Of a DNA stretch of 64,000 nt, positions 9,901 to 16,157 are shown piece by piece. Position numbers and translations under genes: made by a program. The notes under the pieces are model-generated. The model worked only from the letters and a program-made list of their open reading frames with translations, did not search any database and was not told the DNA's origin. The stretch comes from a virus. Position 1 is the stretch's first letter, and each line of letters opens with the position of its first letter. The stretch covers positions 3,835-67,834 of the IMG/VR virus record IMGVR_UViG_3300021963_000113; one strand, 5' to 3'.

Positions 9901-12343
9901 CAGCAGGAATTGGATTTGTTTGACCAGAAGCAACTGTAGCAGTTACTTTCATGCCCTCTACTAATCCAATAGTAGTGATATTGTTGGGTACAGTAACTGT
10001 TGATTGTCCAACAAAAGTTGAGCATCCTTCAATACGGAAATTCCAATTACGCATTGCAGCAACTGCAAGATTTCTAGCGTAATTAAATGCATCAAGAGTT
10101 TCTTCCTTCTCTGTGCTGATATAATCTAATTCGTTACCAACATAGTATGCTTGTGCTGCCTGGACGCTATTAACATTACCACCAACACGAAGGTCATTGG
10201 CAACTGCTTCTAGGATATAACCTACGTCACGCTTACACTTATTGATGCTGATGGGTCTAGTGAGAAGATATGGATACTTACGAGTGATGTATCCATATGT
10301 TTCAGCAGCAATGAAATCTCTGTTTAAATCAATAAGATTTGCAGCATCTTGGTCGTTGTTTGAAACTCCAGTTGCTACGCTTGGACTCAAAATAGATAGA
10401 GAAACATTCCACTTCTGATAACCAGATGGAGAAATTTCTGCACTGCGAATAGCTCCAGTAAATCCCTGTGCTGGATCTAGTTTAACATAAATTTTTTCGT
10501 GTGCAGCTGCGCCAAGACGATAACCATTTACAGTAGTAGATGGTTTTTGTAAAGGATTAGATGCTTCATCCTGACCATAATATAGTTTTGTTGTAACAGA
10601 AGAATTGCCGTTGGGACCATCAAAGTTTAGAGCATTTGGATTTCTAGACTTGATTTGATTGAATGTGAAATACTGGAATTTCTTAGTTGTAGTGGTAACT
10701 TTTCTTGGTGGGACAATGTGCGAAATATATCCACCTTGATCCTGGGCAAAGGAATATCCCTTATAACCAATAGCATGTAGAGAGGTATTACCAAAGTTAG
10801 AGTTTGAGTTGGTGATAGACATATCACCACCAGACTCCATGAGGAAGTGGTCAGCGAAACCTACAGCGAAGATAGAAACGTTTTGAATGAATGCGTCATT
10901 CGATGCTTTAACGTGGAAGTTTCTCCAATCATCTTTCCAGTATGCGTCACCCTTAGTGTGGTAAGGTGTGGTTGCAAACGCATCAGTAAGAGGTGCCTGA
11001 TTCCAAGTGTTAGAGAATTCATCGTAGCGAATGAATGCTCTGTCGTCTCTCTGTAGCGAAACACCCGTATACTGGGCGATAACCATCGACTTGAAACCAC
11101 TTGCCTTGGATCCATCAGCGTGGATGCCACAGATACCCCACGTAGAGCGGATAGAGACGTTGAAGACGTATGGTGAGGCAGATTCTACCGAGTCAACTTC
11201 CGCTTGCGTGATGGCGTTTGTATCGAGCGTAGGAGGCGTAATTGGTTGCCCAATTCTATCGCCTAATCCTACAGCAGCAGCATTCTTACCTTCTACACGA
11301 TACGAGAATTCTTTAGGATCACTAATGCTGATTCCTCTAACAGCAAATACACCAGTGAGAGGGTCATTTGCAAGTGGAATTGGCTCGCTAGCACCTGCAG
11401 GAAGAGTCGAACGAAGATTCGCAACAGCAACTGCTTGTCCTACATAATATCCATGATTTGTCTTCGTTCTAACAGTGACATCTAAAGCAGTGGTGCCAGG
11501 GACATTATTAACTTCGATAGAATCAATACGAATAGCATCTTGAAGAGGACCAACAATTCTATTTTCTTGTGGTCTCTGAGTAAATTCACCAGGATCGTCA
11601 ATTGTTGGTTGGAATAGAGAGAATGCCTTAGCAATCTTTCTGTAAAGTAAACCTAGATCGTCTCTACTAGCAAATTCAAAGTTACAAATTTTGTGGTGAG
11701 AATAATAAGGTATAGATTTAATAGTAGAATTTGGTTGAGAATAAACTTTACCAATTCCTTCATTTTCATCATACAATGGTGAATTAGGATCAACATCACC
11801 ATCAAGAATAGTAAACTGCCAGAAATAGCATCCACCAGTTACGTTAAAAAGGGTTGTGCGACCGATATCCTTGTCTGCTGGGTCTGGAACATAGAGAGGA
11901 TGCAGACGAGTCCTACGGAGGTCCATACCAACGAGAGAGGTGCCTCTAGGAATCGTAGCGCCACCGTTAGGACCGTTAAACTTGTAGAGAATATTATCAG
12001 GATTGCTGAGGTCTACAATCGAGTTATCTTCCCACTCTTGTGTTGCTTGATTGAATGCAAAAGGAACAATTTCCTCTGCATTCATGATGCCAGGACGGTT
12101 ATCAATATAGTGGTTGCCTGGCGACAACATAATTGTAAATTGGTCAAAACGATCATTCTCTTGACCAGGAACATACGAATACCTAGCAACCTCTAGGAAT
12201 GCTCTCTGAATTGTGAGGAAAGGACGGGTTGGGGAGTTGCCTCTATTGTCTAATGCATCAGAAGCATTAAAATCGTCAGGTGAAACATATAGATATCTTC
12301 CAGTTTTACTAGAAATTAAATTCTCTAATTTGGTTAGTGGCAT
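980..12343 (-). CDS. Giant (3787 aa) cyanophage structural/fibre protein with four internal phycobiliprotein-like units
   Basis: N-terminus MPLTKLENL..YVSPDD..GNSPTRPFLTIQRA is typical of large cyanomyovirus structural proteins. Beta-rich C-terminus, four KCKRD repeats, late promoter upstream. Confidence 0.8.
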   Translation of the reverse strand: MPLTKLENLISSKTGRYLYVSPDDFNASDALDNRGNSPTRPFLTIQRAFLEVARYSYVPGQENDRFDQFTIMLSPGNHYIDNRPGIMNAEEIVPFAFNQATQEWEDNSIVDLSNPDNILYKFNGPNGGATIPRGTSLVGMDLRRTRLHPLYVPDPADKDIGRTTLFNVTGGCYFWQFTILDGDVDPNSPLYDENEGIGKVYSQPNSTIKSIPYYSHHKICNFEFASRDDLGLLYRKIAKAFSLFQPTIDDPGEFTQRPQENRIVGPLQDAIRIDSIEVNNVPGTTALDVTVRTKTNHGYYVGQAVAVANLRSTLPAGASEPIPLANDPLTGVFAVRGISISDPKEFSYRVEGKNAAAVGLGDRIGQPITPPTLDTNAITQAEVDSVESASPYVFNVSIRSTWGICGIHADGSKASGFKSMVIAQYTGVSLQRDDRAFIRYDEFSNTWNQAPLTDAFATTPYHTKGDAYWKDDWRNFHVKASNDAFIQNVSIFAVGFADHFLMESGGDMSITNSNSNFGNTSLHAIGYKGYSFAQDQGGYISHIVPPRKVTTTTKKFQYFTFNQIKSRNPNALNFDGPNGNSSVTTKLYYGQDEASNPLQKPSTTVNGYRLGAAAHEKIYVKLDPAQGFTGAIRSAEISPSGYQKWNVSLSILSPSVATGVSNNDQDAANLIDLNRDFIAAETYGYITRKYPYLLTRPISINKCKRDVGYILEAVANDLRVGGNVNSVQAAQAYYVGNELDYISTEKEETLDAFNYARNLAVAAMRNWNFRIEGCSTFVGQSTVTVPNNITTIGLVEGMKVTATVASGQTNPIPAGTYIREIVNTTQFKLGNRNDTEEVQALITITANSIGVGGVTLNFELEQGKFATSSGRAFDAGTLINRNKDFIAEEALNLAKAQYPTVTVPNDTKCKRDIGLVLDGVIQDLKTTGNSGIVTATEAYVGAPSRYAYSKNLILSNRREIVDKAAAKLAIEYPDFYYGGPGFTDGGDTQTNVYSRYKDSYRLIQQNRAEIINNAYNALLASGLPTPAPADLENKCKRDIGYFIDAVSTDLTTLGNSYSIDFIRQYFIEDKVNGKILTFTRSNGTTLSNRQNRVYTGVSTTTNGSGVGATFNVTRSSTGAITSVTINAAGYKYVAGNTVTIPGSSIGGVNVVDDVVVTVSTVEQAWIQNGLQGEEQKSIFAYTAAIAEMKKAITNQLTVKDLSLTGDPAPGTPQSGLSVFGTPGVTANNDDSQSCSNVQATLDTLSNIIFARIRQGDLVTGTTQNPALPPINYGSAPEFQAKCKRDIGFIVDSIAEDLALGGNYNIITATKSYFDSTGNTLLNNGLAGEIAQSVTAFQAARDLCFKAVTNQLNVRDFGIPVGPAELGVPGPNIPNDNPNAYLDVRNEINSLFNILLTKLQNGSYQYPALKYNAGAASLIGELDISVYAYKKARDLAILAMRNWRTGDGTDSDPLYVKRPNTTLDYQIDPTIDTTTAGVPRCADVAYTIATEFDILLGALQNLSPLPPKTFGTDEYTERTKPERDNSIIVDTSANKCAGTKDAIIEKMRVIENIIKNGVDAEPLISQLVNTTSFAQRATLFKVSGSNPHNLETGTPVRLVAVPRKDPSTGKPVDVDKRLVRLPKGFESNKNYYVIAPGKITAPYDYSAGGATAQFNNTQSFMLATSIENATAGNYIYSSETSGIDPDVQIEVHQYLTNVNYDLHRYTAKLTSSRVFETSTNNVFDTAYAGVQVQQVFFYPLEENLTNGIVDAAALATLPAKTSGGRLETNRNYYVGRPATYTKNNQFSIYTSVSDAINRQNAVQFNFPSGEEFFVLANRKRSPIGYDPVQGGWFIRTLLQGNEIYERLTLNDPSRGSSYVNKPPRTPDSFFYRADDTRENDDRTYKLRYVIPNYRDDVRDPINGFAIKIRTDETRKLLPQRLLLKPVSANDQKDATFFQNGPSPRERIGVTNVLGTYDPYNPEIRKRIEGTKTESNISFTIQSAKIVEGGYMEMVVFDHGLDVESLKAKRFVTVKVAQPQGGNGNFVPEKRIRWYGEYTGSAIVHSWYGTEPVEGGTETFNYLILKDLEGELDFDEKTQTFFIQEIDGEANVIAELISRPNFGKEDKKNFLYAVEASNVYTVTPGDIITDDAARQYRVVSVEDVEDLAQTYYIYKIETIQRRIPRQQDGIYYLTCIRGDISPYPTGSGVGTNFRNFKFSQPVSRLYPLSYKNDALLFQYDGSDSQGGNKNTTIIDPPASVCAADNYIHGLVTINDAKNSITKEAVLDFIQDPGSGRYEFTTNATKIEARSGAASSGAEERLIPIAGDSQFPLEQRIYVELRRPSIARAGNHTFEYLGFGPGNYSTGFPARQTVILTSVQDYYAQSKRQDAGIVFYTGINSNGELYIGNRKINAITGEEEFLDAIITDEETEEDGDFGSLVTVFEDPVTFENIITLNAPPNLTNFFNSPVTINVDPEFEAIMTPPSLTIVSRPGDRQGVFPGDDDPQLDTTRAGDVVIDKNRVRAAIFDMNTRGTQRYSFRTSITNVTPNQFTVGAKARFDSSQTIAFGSSVPLSGDVILKGAQINYTGSLGWIYANSYVAYRLGAPAGQESSIDITGVQFYPNLNVVKLIFQIGKINFSTSNPGASLGITRSTQIRITGGTDRLQFINGVHTVYDNPSEGYEYSESNSYVYLLTRRASEATLSGNPPYISSTNPIIQGTLEIARGESQWKEVGVIGAEALRTETETYGDYKLGINTLARALSTDYATGFIAPTRTEPRANLDVVGNAFISGKKQTNFSNLNGGTPLPTRHAFLVGGDSANPDTTATFRIATNNEGRVGINIADGALDRALVVAGTGRITGDFRFESDIDVNGGDIRTTSGVFTIANQTSTTNLTLAGYATTVNVGNLATTQQTVNIGTAVTGASTLNIHTNATNSIIDIGTVENNDTAYSSNITFGGAFLNRQSSFFNIKNYQTIVDGVLTINGGEINTTSLNDEFTLFPSGITKLNIGLSVGTLTLGGVAGTTTIRNGLKVLGSSFFESDVTQNGGLKNTNLGINRNIFGTIRIATLTRSNGVATVTTVSPHNISSTAQIVSSVDSFNTVGQVAITVTGPNSFTYTNPGINYPQAAATGTVITNIGLTQSVGSLDNLNIDYFSVVPNFDGTVRINTVVNNKLLSDNYWFSQNDAVVFFDVGNLTGVSTNVTYYVASRDSTGFTLKNSSDNNITIALRSGTTDAGNARMRLFSTVIDTTGDVPWGNDSFKNRIFNGIQTWNLPISNPTGIGINQLYLIGEEIIQTVNFPSTFVPNSPQPFYVEVIRAQRGTAASSHPDGQRIYRLVEQQNASYIDPNPITAVSNAINVAEFSANIKINDLFRLNKVSLNEGGEYVRITQVNPADAQKFVINNGDFGNESFEKDALKVFETISTTGNTQISGDVVIGYDTTKPFNDADNDQNLADSYGFPSSTSKPDVDKDGNPIIATGGGNLIVHNSIELSGNTSTSTPAKQYFVITNGSLPKFYVESASGNTSIYNGGNLKIFKDSFFASGNFDKGREDVAQNIALEVLGATGNTKIAGTLRVGDDLTVGTLTTPASTETGQNPFTTRFSVDAQLGSTVIGRELTSAATGATLTLHGSYTSTPTAAVNYLSINNLGNNNSKPFRIRQDASIQAFGHENFYNANGGRKTVFISAQGNNQASAQSDTQYQLRPNIQYLIRPSSTLVLLLPQDALTGDTIRVVDVGGALNFSVNLVIRAPLGTSLQGSPTGSSLGGASNYGGGELVVNTPNAAFGLIYVGETDAAGNSIAGEQQGWFLMEI

Positions 12344-12384
12344 GTTCCTCAGGTACCCTTAATTACATAGGATTTCTTCTGTGT

Positions 12385-12392
12385 TATTTATA
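12385..12392 (-). promoter_or_regulatory. T4-type late promoter TATAAATA for the giant structural gene
   Basis: Exact TATAAATA about 40 nt upstream of the ATG at 12343. Confidence 0.8.
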
Positions 12393-12393
12393 C

Positions 12394-12420
12394 AAAAAAA
12401 CCCCAGGCGGACCTGGGGTT
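12394..12420 (-). terminator. Rho-independent terminator after tRNA-Thr
   Basis: AACCCCAGG-TCCG-CCTGGGGTT followed by a T run on the minus strand. Confidence 0.8.
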
Positions 12421-12442
12421 GGTTTTACTTCCTTCACACGGA

Positions 12443-12516
12443 AGCCCAAGGTCGGACTTGAACCGACGACCTACGGTTTACAAAACCGTTGCTCTATCCA
12501 GCTGAGCTACTCAGGC
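12443..12516 (-). tRNA. tRNA-Thr(UGU)
   Basis: Cloverleaf; anticodon arm ACGGT-TTTGTAA-ACCGT. The 5' end overlaps the pebS stop codon. Confidence 0.95.
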
Positions 12517-13143
12517 ATATTCAAAGAGAAATTCGTGTGTATATTTCTCTCCAAACTCTTTACCAAATTTAGAAGACATGTAACCAGAAACAGGATCTAA
12601 CTTTAGCATATATTTGTCAAAATCAGCAAATTCTGTTACATCATCTTCATCTGGTTGTGCTTCTTCTAGTAATTTGGCGTAAGTGCTAACATATTTCTCG
12701 AAATCAGGCAAATATTGCTCAACTTCATCCATATGGCACTTACGCACAAATACATAGCGTGAAAAGTGATTACCTGGCTCAAAGAAACGAATTTCTTTGG
12801 TATTGCCAGCATACTCACCCATGTTTTCCCTCACAATCTCATGATCAAAGTCATAATGCTCTTTTGGGTGTTGAAAATCAAATGTTAGAATAACTTTGTT
12901 TTCAAAGAATGCCATCAAGTCCATTCCCAGACAAGGCAGGTTTTTGCCTGTTTTTGGATAGATGATATTATTATATATTGAAGAAACACCGTGGGAAATA
13001 TCGGTAATTCTTGCTTTTTTGATATACTTGCCCTCGTAGAGCATCGAATCCATCACAATGTCCTTGTGACTATGAGTTTCACTGTATGTTTTGTTTAGGT
13101 CCAGATAGTCAAAAAGTATTTCATGGTATTTGCCCCAAAACAT
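12511..13143 (-). CDS. pebS: Phycoerythrobilin synthase (ferredoxin-dependent bilin reductase)
   Basis: Motifs IYPKTG.NLPCLGMDLM, FDFQHP, RFFE.GNHFS and LDPV.GYM match cyanophage PebS, including both catalytic Asp residues. Confidence 0.92.
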   Translation of the reverse strand: MFWGKYHEILFDYLDLNKTYSETHSHKDIVMDSMLYEGKYIKKARITDISHGVSSIYNNIIYPKTGKNLPCLGMDLMAFFENKVILTFDFQHPKEHYDFDHEIVRENMGEYAGNTKEIRFFEPGNHFSRYVFVRKCHMDEVEQYLPDFEKYVSTYAKLLEEAQPDEDDVTEFADFDKYMLKLDPVSGYMSSKFGKEFGEKYTHEFLFEYA

Positions 13144-13153
13144 AATCGTGTCC

Positions 13154-13420
13154 TCAGTCGTCTTTAGGAAGTAGCTCTGGATTGTCTATTTCTACTTCAA
13201 ACATTAGCGGATGCATTTCTTCCATTATTAAATAATTGGAAATTTTAAACATATCCTCATCATCGTAATCACGATGAGTCAGTGCTTCTGTTTGGACAGC
13301 AGGGTGGTCTTGTATAATCTGAGGTAATTCGTCAAATGTATAGGGAAGACCTTGGATGAAATACATTCGCACAACTTCTCCCATATAGAAGCAGTATGCT
13401 TGTGTTAGTGTGTATTTCAT
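13154..13420 (-). CDS. Cyanophage hypothetical protein (88 aa)
   Basis: Start trimmed to MKYTLTQAY because the longer ORF overlaps tRNA-Leu. Late-type ACTAAATA at 13440-13447. Confidence 0.7.
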   Translation of the reverse strand: MKYTLTQAYCFYMGEVVRMYFIQGLPYTFDELPQIIQDHPAVQTEALTHRDYDDEDMFKISNYLIMEEMHPLMFEVEIDNPELLPKDD

Positions 13421-13453
13421 TACATTTCCCACTACAATGTATTTAGTAGGAAA

Positions 13454-13537
13454 TAGGGCGAGGGAGACTTGAACTCCCACGGGCATAAGCCCAACAGATT
13501 TTAAGTCTGGTGTGTCTACCGATTCCACCACCGCCCC
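13454..13537 (-). tRNA. tRNA-Leu(UAA)
   Basis: Cloverleaf with long variable arm; anticodon loop CTTAAAA. Confidence 0.95.
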
Positions 13538-13671
13538 AAAAATTACCGACAAATAATAGTATCGGTTTTTAGTAGTTTTCTACACTTATCTAGTAGGTCA
13601 AAGAATTCATTAATTGTGGAGCATTTAAGGACAATAGTGGAATTGTCCTCTCCACGAATGATTATCTTCTT

Positions 13672-13700
13672 ATTATACAGGTCCGTTGTGATTTTGTCAA
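13672..13700 (-). promoter_or_regulatory. Sigma70-type early promoter
   Basis: TTGACA-N17-TATAAT. Confidence 0.85.
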
Positions 13701-13718
13701 TCACTTGCTCGTTAGAAA

Positions 13719-13946
13719 TCACTTTTCTGCCAAACGAGGAAGGAACATGTAACCAATCTCATCACCGTCATCAGCACTACCCCATTCCCAGAATTCTTGG
13801 GCAAGAGCCATAATATCTTCTTGACGGTCTTCTTTGTCGAGAGCATCAAAACGAGATTCTACATATTCAAGGATACTATCGATGGTTTCTTGCACTTGGT
13901 CAGACTCAACTTCTAGAATTTGACCGTCATCACCGTAGTTGAGCAT
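13719..13946 (-). CDS. Small acidic hypothetical protein, probably early
   Basis: Start trimmed to MLNYGDDG, which follows an AGAGGAG RBS and an early promoter. Confidence 0.7.
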   Translation of the reverse strand: MLNYGDDGQILEVESDQVQETIDSILEYVESRFDALDKEDRQEDIMALAQEFWEWGSADDGDEIGYMFLPRLAEK

Positions 13947-13974
13947 TTGGAGTGTCTCCTCTGTGTATGTATGT

Positions 13975-14003
13975 ATTATAGCAGGGTTGGAGGGGGTTGT
14001 CAA
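13975..14003 (-). promoter_or_regulatory. Sigma70-type early promoter
   Basis: TTGACA-N17-TATAAT with extended -10 TG. Confidence 0.9.
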
Positions 14004-14055
14004 GAGCTCTTAAGAATCTCTTAGGGACTCGGCCCCTTCAACCGAGCACATCGTT

Positions 14056-14084
14056 ATTGTAGCAGGATGGCAGGGGTCTGTCAA
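14056..14084 (-). promoter_or_regulatory. Second, tandem early promoter
   Basis: TTGACA-N17-TACAAT with extended -10 TG. Confidence 0.8.
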
Positions 14085-14168
14085 GGGGGCAGCTCGACTT
14101 TTTTTAGCGATTTTTTGCCGAGATTTTTTTTGCGCCTATTTGGTAATTAGAGGTCAATTTTGGATTTT

Positions 14169-16145
14169 CTAAATTATTCCGATGTTATCCACCGTTAAGT
14201 CTTCTCCATTTGCTCTAACTAATGGACCAGCTAATTGCACTAACACCCCGCTGGCTACAACTGTAGTTAATGCGCCAGACAATACTGCCGCACCACCTGC
14301 TAGGAGACCAATTGCACCAGCAGCAGAAACATTCAATGCTCCTCCAGCATTAATACTAACAGTGCCGCCTGCGTTGATGTTATATGCTCCGTCCGCATTA
14401 ACATTTATTGCTGGGGCAGATTGTGTCGCAAATCCAAATCCTCGTTTTGCCCAAACAGCACCATCTAGTTTTGCAAAAGCACCAGCATCAAATTCAAATG
14501 CTGCTCCCAGTTTAGATGTCTTATCAAATCCAAGCGTGGTATCAAACTTAGCGCCTTTGATATCTTGCCACTTAATACCAGAATAAGTGCCTGTTTTGAA
14601 TCCATTGATTATATCAAGTGCTCCAGCTGGTGTAAATGCCTTCAAAGACAACCCACTAGTCTGATAGATACCGAGACCAGCCTGTTGAGTAATACTACCA
14701 AGTCCACTGCTAAGTAAAATATTATTTGGCACTGCCTCAGCAACATCAAATGGTATAACTTTACCAGTATACATGCTGATAGACCCAACCTGAGTGCCCA
14801 TCGTGATGCCACCCAAACCTGTTACGTTGGCACGAATAGCAGAATTCCAACTAGCAAGAGAGATGCCGATTGGAGTTGGTGGTCCTAAAACATTTGCTGC
14901 TACTTCAAATGCAGCTGGTTGCTGAATCCACCACGCAGGTGGTATAGTAAGAGGATTAGATGTATTGATTGGCCAGTTTTGTGCCTCGATTCTAACTTTT
15001 TGACCAGCAGAAATTCTTACATTACCAGACGTGCTTAAATTAATATCGCCAGCAGAGTCTGTTGCGTCTACAGCATTAGAAGACCCCACTTCAGAAGTTT
15101 TAGCAGCACCAGTTTTAGATTGACGTTGTGAAGCAGAGTCTTTTAGCGTGGTGACATCCATATTCAGTTTACCACCCTTCATTATAATCTCACCGCCGCC
15201 GCCGACTGGCAGCTCAAAACCAAACAAGCTGCCAAGTTGTTTTGCTATACCAAATGCAGCACCAGAAGAACCAGTGAATGAAGAAAATAAACCTAGAGAC
15301 CTAGTGCCATTAAGATGTAGATTTTCTGTGGCATTCATGATAATATTCTTTCCTAGGAAAGAAATGTTTCCATTCTCACAGGTAATATCTAAACCACCGT
15401 TAGTAACATTAATACTGAATGCTGGATAATAAATCTTTGATGACGATTGAGACCCAGAAGAACTCATCGTGGTTTCTTCCTTGTGTTTTCCAGACTGATT
15501 TACATCAATCTTTAAGGAAGTGCCAACGTTAATTCTCATGCCATGCTCAGACCCAACCTCAACATTTCCCATTGTGAGGTCAGTATCGACAGGGGGAGCT
15601 GCTTTTATTTTCGCATTGCCTTTTTCATCTAAAATAAAATGAGAACCAGGAGTTGTCATCACTCCCCATGTGCTATCACCTTCCTTATTCTCACCCTGGA
15701 ACGTCATCGTCCCTTTCACCAAACTCACTGCAGAATCTGGTGGCACCACACTAGCAGTGCCCTCCTTAAAAGGTGAAGTGGGTGTTTGACTTTCGCTTTG
15801 ATCACTTGAAGAATTTGTATCAGCATTTTCTCCAGTTGATGTTTTAGGTGCTACGTCATCAAATGAAGACGTTACGTTTGGGTTACCAATAGAACCTAGC
15901 GAAGGGAAATTAATGGTGGGAGTGCCAGTAGTAACTACATTATTATCATTTTCTGTATACGAAACATCATCTCCAAATATTCCATCATTTCTATCTTTTT
16001 CTATGTCTTTTAATTGTGTTCCAGAAATACTCGCATCTTTAGTTAATGCATTAATCGCACCATTTTTATTGTAAATTCCCGTTTCGTTTTTTACAATAGT
16101 AGATTTTTGATTACCACCAATTACTGCTTCTAAATTTTTAGACAT
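14169..16145 (-). CDS. Putative baseplate spike protein, gp5 C-terminal beta-helix-like
   Basis: TPGSHFILDEKG motif, 8-residue G/A-rich repeats (INAGGTVS-INAGGALN), and position downstream of the gp5 N-domain gene. Confidence 0.55.
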   Translation of the reverse strand: MSKNLEAVIGGNQKSTIVKNETGIYNKNGAINALTKDASISGTQLKDIEKDRNDGIFGDDVSYTENDNNVVTTGTPTINFPSLGSIGNPNVTSSFDDVAPKTSTGENADTNSSSDQSESQTPTSPFKEGTASVVPPDSAVSLVKGTMTFQGENKEGDSTWGVMTTPGSHFILDEKGNAKIKAAPPVDTDLTMGNVEVGSEHGMRINVGTSLKIDVNQSGKHKEETTMSSSGSQSSSKIYYPAFSINVTNGGLDITCENGNISFLGKNIIMNATENLHLNGTRSLGLFSSFTGSSGAAFGIAKQLGSLFGFELPVGGGGEIIMKGGKLNMDVTTLKDSASQRQSKTGAAKTSEVGSSNAVDATDSAGDINLSTSGNVRISAGQKVRIEAQNWPINTSNPLTIPPAWWIQQPAAFEVAANVLGPPTPIGISLASWNSAIRANVTGLGGITMGTQVGSISMYTGKVIPFDVAEAVPNNILLSSGLGSITQQAGLGIYQTSGLSLKAFTPAGALDIINGFKTGTYSGIKWQDIKGAKFDTTLGFDKTSKLGAAFEFDAGAFAKLDGAVWAKRGFGFATQSAPAINVNADGAYNINAGGTVSINAGGALNVSAAGAIGLLAGGAAVLSGALTTVVASGVLVQLAGPLVRANGEDLTVDNIGII

Positions 16146-16157
16146 CTTTATATACTC

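Noticed and set aside
54-12196. Many short ORFs overlapping the giant gene and the tail-collar gene
   Set aside because: Antisense or off-frame shadows of long genes, with no RBS or recognisable motifs.
12337-12600. 87-aa plus-strand ORF
   Set aside because: Antisense to tRNA-Thr and its terminator.
12511-13143. Alternative call as pcyA, pebA or pebB
   Set aside because: The motifs FDFQHP, RFFE.GNHFS and YPKTG fit phage PebS much better.
13421-13552. N-terminal extensions of ORFs 13154-13552 and 58806-59147, and ORFs 58361-58561 and 56080-56421
   Set aside because: They translate through tRNA or ncRNA sequence; better starts exist downstream or the ORF is spurious.
14099-14168. T-tracts as a bent-DNA origin or packaging site
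   Set aside because: The spacing of 12-13 bp is not helically phased and there is no other support.
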